From: a virus
Lineage: Duplodnaviria > Caudoviricetes
IMG/VR virus record: IMGVR_UViG_3300020381_000037
Span: 1 to 26,363 of that record
DNA: 26,363 nucleotides
Direction: 5' to 3' (one strand)
The notes below the pieces were generated by a model. That model was not told the origin of the DNA and did no database searches. It worked only from the letters and a program-made list of their open reading frames with translations. The translations under genes were made by a program, and so were the position numbers. How positions within the stretch are numbered: position 1 is the first letter of the stretch; each line of letters opens with the position of its first letter. This document shows, one piece after another, positions 1 through 9,000 of this stretch.

Positions 1-3000
1 CACCACCACTTAAATTACCAAATGTTGGAATAGATGCCACCTGGATCCCAGATGCTATACCACTACTGCTGAATACCGGACCCGCAACTACTGTCGGATT
101 ATGTTGTTTACAACCAGTTTGTGGAATACCAGGACCTGCTATATGTTGTCCTCTTGCTGTGCCAGTATCTGCTTTATCCACAGGATAAGTCATTTGATAT
201 TGGTATGCAATACTGCTACTAGGATGTTTGTCTAATACTGTTGTGATATATCTACCATTGTCTGAATTATAGTTCCATGTAAATTTACCTAAGTTATATA
301 CAAAGCCATCACCCAAGTTACCTGCTGTTGCATCACGTGTTGTATTTGCACCACCAGTTTTTTTGAAATCTTGTTTCTCTTGAGCAGTCATTGCCGAAAA
401 GTTTCTTGTACTACCTACAAGTTTTCCTCTACTATTTGGATTAGTACTCTGGTATATTTCTAATCTGTCCTGGGCACTATACATATTGAACAGCATTTTA
501 ATAGTATAATTGGAACCATTAAAACCTGAGAATGTATATTTTTTAGTTTCTGTTTCACCTCTTGCCCCGGTGTATTTTACAAAATCAGTTACAAAATAAA
601 TATCTGGTTTTGCCGGTACTGGTGGTGGAGGTGGAGGAGGTGGAGGACACGCAGGTGTTCCTGCCTCATTTTGTTTTATAAAGATTTCTGAATGTACTGC
701 CGCAACACTAATTTGGTTTGTAGACACAGGTTGTTTATTGTATGTTTTATTACCACCTACATTACTTGTTTTAAATTTAGCCTGTTGTGTAAACGATGGT
801 GGTGTCGGTGGTGTCGCCGGAACTGCTGGACTAGTTACTGCCGCATTTGCCGCCGGCTTTGGAAGTACAGTTGATGTAGGTCTAGGCCCACTAGTTGTTC
901 CCAAATTCAATCCTAATCCAAAGTTAGGTACTCCAGGACCCATGCCAGGAAGATTTACTATTCCAAGCGGATTAATACCTGCAGGCGATGATATAGGTGA
1001 ATTAGGTATCAATGTTGGATTAGCCGCATTAATTGGAGTATTATAAGGCATGTTTTTATAGCCTTGCAATTGACTTGCCATCATTCCGGCGAGCCTGATG
1101 CCACCACGGGCACCCATTATGGGAAATCCTAATTTTAAACTTCCTGATTTAATAACAGCACCTGCTTTTGCTGTAATCTGTCTTTCAACTTCATCTTTGT
1201 ATTCTTCCATATTCAAATATGGGAAAGCATTTGTAATAACGTTTGCACCATTAATTATAATGTTACCTTCGTGTTTGTCTACAAAGAATGTAACTCTTTC
1301 TTCTTCAATCAGTGTGTTACCTGTAGCAGGTTGATATACTATGTTAGCACTTGGAGTTGTTTGTAATGAAGCATTACCAAACATCTCATATGATTCTTTA
1401 CTGATGTACTCCACACCACCTACTGTATGAGGGTGTCCTAATGCAAATCCTTTAGCATAAATTGTGTTTGCAGTTGGAACACTTGATACTGTGAATGTAT
1501 AGTTATAATATTCTGGCTCATAATTGTATAGCCTAATGTTATGACCTATCAATGTTGATTGAGGATCTGCACTATCTAATACATAATCGTGGTTTGCAGT
1601 TGTTGTAATTTCTATCTGGTCACTAACAAAACATGCATTACCATATAAGTCTTCTGTAAATGTTACAGCATCACCTAAGCCAATTGAAATATTTTCCGCC
1701 AATGTAACATTAGATTCTGTATTAACTGTTACAATCTTAGTTGTTATATTTCCACCTGTAACAATCATTCCTGAGAACAATGTGATATTACCTGTTGTTA
1801 ATAATAATTCGTTACTGTCTGTTAGTGCCGAACTTGCAGTATCACTTACAGAATAATTTCCTGTAAATACTCCTGGCACTTTAAATGTGCTACTGCCTGA
1901 ATTTATATCTCTTACTTGATGGTATCCTGAGAATTTACCCATACCATACATTTTAATATCTTGTAATAATGTTAAGTCACTTACAGTTGCATCTGTGGTA
2001 AATGATATAGCATCTTGAACCACAAAACTAATAGCATTACTGTTTGCTGTGATATCACCTTTAGGTATCTCAAACGATGTAAATGTTTCTTGTGTTGGTT
2101 GAATGTTATTATATTCTGCTGTAGTTTCAACAAAGTCTATTTGGTCATTTGCATTTACTGTGATACTGCTTGTTAATTGAACACTTTGTATGTGCGTATC
2201 TTCAGCAAACTTATTAAATGTAAGAGGTGTGCCTGCCGCCAATGATGTAATAGTACCACTAACTACAATAGTATTAAAGTCTGTAATACTTGAAATTGTT
2301 AATCCGTCAACACCACTTATTCCTGTGCCACTGATTACCATACCAACTTCTATTCCTGCCGTACTTGCTACATCAACAGACGTTGATGCTGTAACAGAAT
2401 TAATTACTTGTGAATTAATTGTTATATTTTTATTGTAAGTTACACTTCTAACTTTTACAAGTTCAGGATCAACACTACCTGTTTTAACACCTAATCCTAT
2501 TAAGTTATCTCTTGTTGCCCCACTGCCTAAGTTTAATTCTTTAGTTGTTCCAGTATTTGTAATTGTGTCAGTCCAAATAGTTTCATTGTTATAAATTATA
2601 CCTGAATTATCAGGACCTTTTACTACTTCAGTTCTTACATTTGAAACTTGGAATACATTACCATTCATATTTCCGCCGTCTGCATCTGTAATTTTAACAA
2701 ATGCATTGTGAACTAAGTTTCCAGAAGCAATAACATCAGGATCTTTAAATTTAACAATAACTGTATCTGTTACTAATCCTGTTGTTTGACTACTGTCAGT
2801 AACGTCTAGTGTTGCATTACCACTTGCTGTACCTTCAACAAAATATGTGTTAGTTGTAACATTAGAAGGTGTAAATGCTGTGCCTTGTGCTTTACCTAAA
2901 TTGTGTCCAGAGAATTTAATACTTGTAGATTCTTCATATCCATGTTTCTCTGAATATACTTGTACTTTATATGTGCCACTTGCATTTGCAGTTGATGTTG

Positions 3001-6000
3001 TTCCATAGTTTGCAAAAGTTAAATTTGCTTTAGGTATAATTCCTGTCATACCACTTTGTACAGTATTGTTTGAATATAAAACTACTTCTTTAAATGCAGG
3101 ATTAACACTTGCAACTAGGAATACATTTGCATTTATATTACTACCACCTGCATCAGCAAATTTTAAATAGTCTCCTACTCTAACTCCGTCTACATCTCCG
3201 TTCCTAATTTTAAATGCTGGAACATTATTAAAGGAGTATGTGTTTACATCACCTAATACATTTCTGTAAATGTCCATTGGTTTTGTAGTTGGTGTCATTT
3301 CTGCTGTTGCATTAATACTAACGTTGCTGTAACTATCAGCGGCTATGTTTGTGATATTACCACTTAATACTGGTTTAATTTTTGATATGCCAACTAGTTG
3401 TGGATGATTGTATGTAACATTACCAATTGTTACTGCTTCATCAAATAATCTGTTTTCATTATCCCAATACACAACTTCTCGAGATGTGTCAGGAATAGTT
3501 GTATCATAAAACTTCTCACCGTTGTTGTATGTTAAATTAGCCGTTTCGGCATCTAACGTGCCTTCGCCTTTTAATACTAACACATTATCATAGAATGCTG
3601 TTTGGTCATAACTAGCATCAACATTGCTTAAATCATTGTTGTCTATTATGTTTGTGCTTAATTGATAATCTGTAAAATATTTCAATGTTCCTGTATCTAC
3701 ATCATTTTCAATAAATGATACATTTGCATTTACTTTGTCTAATTTATAAACATTAAATTCACCATGTTCATCTCTAGCAAAATGAACTAAATCATTTTCT
3801 TTTGGAATCTCACTAGCATATCTTTCATTTCTATTAAACAAGTTTTCAAATTCATTTATATTAAATGCTTGATATTGTACATTATATTTGCTTACATAAC
3901 CTGCGTTAGGTAACGGTTCATATTTTTTATCTGTTATACCTGTAAAGTTTGCATTTGTTGTTGTGGGCCATAAACCTTTTTCTGACATATCGCTAGGTCT
4001 TACAACCAAACGACTTGAATCATCAACATCAATTAATAGTGTTGAATCTGACTTACTGTCTGGAGTAATGTCATATGTTCTCATTTGTTGTAGTTTTGCG
4101 GCTAAGGCATCACTTGCCTGTACTTTAATGTTTAAAGTTGCTCCAGGTAAATCACCTTGGTATGCATCTACAAAATCTATTGTTGCTTTTTCATCTACAA
4201 CAATCTTGGCATCGGCGGCTAAGTTACCACCTGGCAATGCTTGTACATTTGCAAAGTTAATATATGTATTATTTGTATCACCTGATATACTTGCAACTGT
4301 GTACAATGGATTTGAAACTCTTTCTTCAAGTTTTTGTCCGTTTATATAAACATCAAGGTGTGGATATGTTCCATTTATAATTGTTAAATTATCTGCGGAT
4401 ATATTACCTGCTTGTGATAATTCATCACTTCTACTTAAAGGAGCAAACTGATAACTTACATTACCACTTTCAACTAAAGCATTATTAGTAATAGTTGTTC
4501 TACTACCAGAATCAAATTCCCAATCATTTCCTGTACCGCCAACAATATTACCTATTGTTGCATTACCATTTACTGTAACTATACAATCATTATATGTTGT
4601 ACTGTTTGCAGTTTCAAAACTAAATCGTTGTCTTGGTTGATATCGTTTTGCTTCTATATCTAAGTTTGCTAATCCACTTCCTGCCAATGTAAAGTCTGAA
4701 CCTCTAAGTGTTATAATAAAGTTTTCTGATGTTGCATTTGCTATACGTTGTGAACTTGCTGTAACTAAACTGTTACCACTAGTTACGCCTATGTTTGCTG
4801 TAATAGTTGGATCTAATGGAACGTTTGCCATTGTGGTGTTAATTAAACTTACAACATTTGCAACCATCTGTGCATTACTGGCACTACCACTTGCTACTGT
4901 TGATAAATCAATTGTAGTTGGTTGATGCGTTGCATTAGCATGATGGTCTGTGATTGTAATATTAGCAACACCTGTTAAATCACCTGTATTAGTAATATAT
5001 GAATTTGCTGTTGCGTATGGTTGTTGATAGTTTGTACTAATATTTGCAGTCAACAACTGTGCCGCAATAACTGTTACAGCCGGATTAATTGTATAACCAT
5101 AACCTGGCTCTGTAACATCTACTGTTGTAATTCTTCCGTCTTGTCCTATATTAACTGTTGCTTGGGCAGTAGTACCTCCACCATAGTTCCAACTTCCTGG
5201 AATCTCTGCAGGTGGCGGTTCAATTTCTAAGAAAGGTCTTTGGAAAAATTTAGTTGTTCTATCTAAAACTTCAACTTCTCTAACTTTACTTACAGTATTT
5301 TCTGGGTATGCAATTTGTATTAGTTGTCGCTCATCTGTAATTTCAGATTCATTAACTTTAAGATCCAGACTCTGCTGATTATCTACGTCTCCAAATTCTC
5401 CAAGTTTTAATGCCCACTCATCGTACACATTAACACTTCCAGGTACTAATACTTTGTCACTGTTCAATAATATTTCTAGTGCTTTTTGTGTACCTTTACT
5501 TCTAATCATTCCCATATAGAAATCATATTGGTCATCTTGTGTAAGTTCAAATTCTCTTAAATATTTTCTTTCTTGATATCCGTATTGTCTTCTACTTGCT
5601 TCGTATAATTCTTTCTGCACAGGAACATGACCAATCTCATTGTATTTGCCAATGTCACTTGCTAATGTATCAAAGTTAGGTAATAGTTCTCCACCTTGTA
5701 TAATATAACCATCTGCAGACAATGTTCCATCCCAACCTGCAGTACGTTTTGCTTTAATTTTTAATCTTGCTTGTCTTTGGTTTAATAAGTCATCAAAAAT
5801 TGTATCACCAAAAATTGTTTTATTGGATACTAATAAACTATGTTCTATTTCATTGGTGTATAATAATGCACCATATAATTGTTTGCCTGTTGGAGGAGCA
5901 ATAGTAATTGTTGCACCTTCTCTAATTATCTCACATTCTGTAGGACTAATCTTTTTGCCTTCTTCATCTAATAAACTAAATTGTCCTTGGTCAATATCTT

Positions 6001-9000
6001 TTATCTCACTAACTTTTCCTACTGGAGCAATAAATTTTATTTTGGTTGCACCAGGACTTAAATTAATTGTGTTGCCTGCACTCCATTTACCTAAACTCCA
6101 GAACAAGAATTGTTTACCACTGTATGCCCAGTTGTTTACATCTGCAATTTCGTCATTGTAATCGCCAAAGTCGTAACCATATGCTTCTTGTAGTCTTCCT
6201 AAACTGACCATGAAGTCATAAACTTCTGCAACTGTATCATACTCAGTACCATACTCTACTCTTTCTATTTCACCGGTACCACGTAAATATAGTGTTGCTT
6301 CTGCACCACCTACTTGTGGTAACACACTAAGTCTTTGCCAAAATTGTGTATTTGTTACTGGTGTTCCTGCAGGGGCAACTGCTGTTGCTCTAAAGAAGTT
6401 GTATCCACTTTTAATAATTGAACCTTCATTATATTGAGTGTTCCTATCAAAGTCGACAACGTCCATAGGTTCACCACCTACTTTGACTTGAGTCTTTTCT
6501 CGGTTCTTATCACTAGTTTCTATTTCAAAATATTTTTTAGTGCTGTTATAACCAAACACTTTATATTTGTTATTGGATGTAAGTTGTACTAAAACACCTG
6601 TATAGTCGTTAGTTGAACTGTAAGGACCAATGTGTACATCAACTTGTAAATCTTCTTGTGGTAATATTAAACTTGAACTATTACCAGTTGTACTATAGTT
6701 GTCACTGAATACAGTCATTGTGTCTTTGTCAACAAACCCTGCCATTTTGTGACCTAATTTACTATTAACAGTTTTGTATGGTTTACTAAATTCTGTTATT
6801 GGATTTAATCCTTGGAATCTCAAATATGTATCTATAAATTGTGTAAACCCTGTATTGGTCAACATTAGATTATTTGAATCTACACTACCATGTACTGTTG
6901 CATTTTTAACTTTGTATCTTTTGTAAGTTGTATTATCTAACAAATGGTTGGTGTTCGCAGAACCACGGATTATTTTTCCGGGCTCTGCAAACACACTGGC
7001 AAACTTACCGGGCTTGGTAAGTAAAAGGGCCTCTGCTATTGCAAAGGGATATGCTTCAGAAATTTTCCATGCGTTTTCTACTGGCGCACCATCTCCAAAT
7101 TTCCAATTCTTATTTGTTAGTGATGTATCTGCATTGAACGTTGTTGTCAATGCACTTGTTAATTTATAATTTTGTGTACCGCTAACATGTGTAGCAGTAC
7201 CTGTAGCATTTGTGCTTAAACTTGTAGGAGTAAATGCAAATTTTGGTCCTACTGTAAATGGATATGCTGGTTGACCATCACTGTCAAGTGTTGCTACATA
7301 ATATCTTGTACCACTTGGGTACTCAGGTGTAACACCATAACGTGAGTTAAATTCGTCTAAGTCACCTGTTGCTGACCCATATTCATAATCTTCTACAAAT
7401 TCTCCAGTTGGAGTTCCACCTACTGTTGTTCTTAATGTGGTTTTTAAACTGTAACCACTTACTAGTCTTTTTATTGCACTGGTGTTATCTAATCTATCGG
7501 TATAACCATACGGTCCATAAATTGGCAATCCATCAAAAGCATATCCTAAAATAGATGAATGACTATCAGTTGCAAAACTTGTAAGTCCTATTGTTTGTGG
7601 GCTAGGTTGAACATATCCATAGATGTTATCGCTTTGTACATATCCACCTGCACTATCCATACTTACATCATTTCTATATTGATTTGCGTATGTGTATGAA
7701 CTACTTAATGGATGTGTATTACCACTATTTGCATTAAATATTAATGCACCATTTACTGCAACACCAACTGGTGTACTGCCTGTTGTTGTAGCATTAGCAA
7801 AATCTCTTGCAGTACTGTCTCCAGTATTTAAAGTGATTGTATATTTGTTTTCTTTATCTTCGATAATGTTGGTATTATCCGTTGTTGGGAAACTACCTAC
7901 AGTATGATTTAAAATATTGTTGGTTGTAATATTTAAGTTCGCACCACTATCTAATTCTTCTACACTTAATCCATCTACAGTTTTTATAAATGAGTTTGCA
8001 TTTGCTGTTGATGTTCCTGATGTAGTTTCTACCCAAGTAATTGTTTTTGTAGTAGAAGTAGTACTAATAATATTTGCAGGAGCAATTAAGTTTGCACCAG
8101 CATCAACTGGAATCTCAAATTTCAATCCTATTCTTCTGTAAGGATTGTTTGTTCTATAATTGTTGTTTGTTACATTCTCTCTACTACCTTGTCTAATGAT
8201 TCCTTCTTCTAAATCTTTCCACATAGGTTTGTTATTCAAACCATAGTCTGTATAAGTTGTAGTAATGTATTGAGTATCCCACCATGTTGGCTTTCTGACA
8301 AAGCCTAACATTTCCCATGGATGAGTATGTGGCTTTTCTGTATCGTAACAGGCTTCGTATATGCCTCTCCAGTAACCAGGTTTAGCAGTTCCACTATTAT
8401 AGTTCCATGTAAAGTTATTTGTTGAATCATAAAATTCATTTACAACAAAGTCTACATCATTTCTGTTTATGAAATGATTAAAGTTGTTTCTTAACAAATT
8501 ATAATATGCTGTTCTAGTTAATCCTGTGTCTGTTCTAAAACGACCAGGTCTTATAGAATATATGTTTAAGTCATAGTGACTATCTCTTTGTCTAAATGAT
8601 GCAGTAATACCATTCCATACTCTCTTTTCAAATTCTAATAATATATGGTCATGTATGTCATTTGCGGCTACAGTTTTACTACCATCGTGTCCTACAATAA
8701 CATTGATAGGGTCGTTAAAACTTGAATCTAGAATAATTTCTGGTTTAAAACAAGGATACAGTCCCATAGCACTTGGCGTAGGAGGAGTTTGACAACTTTC
8801 TCTATCTTTGTCGTATAATCTAAATTTAAGTGAATTACCTAATGTTAATGTGTAACTATCAGTGAAAGTTATTGTATTAGCAGTTGTTGTACTTGTAACG
8901 ATATAATCGGTTTCAACATCTAAAAGTTTTTCTATTCCATCAGGGCCGACGTCATAAACATAAAGACTGTTTTCTATTTTGTTTAAGTCAGAGTATTTTG

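Noticed and set aside
620-646. GGT/GGA microsatellite as a phase-variation or contingency locus
   Set aside because: It is an imperfect triplet repeat with mixed CCT/CCA codons. Slippage would keep the frame, so it is best explained as poly-Pro coding.
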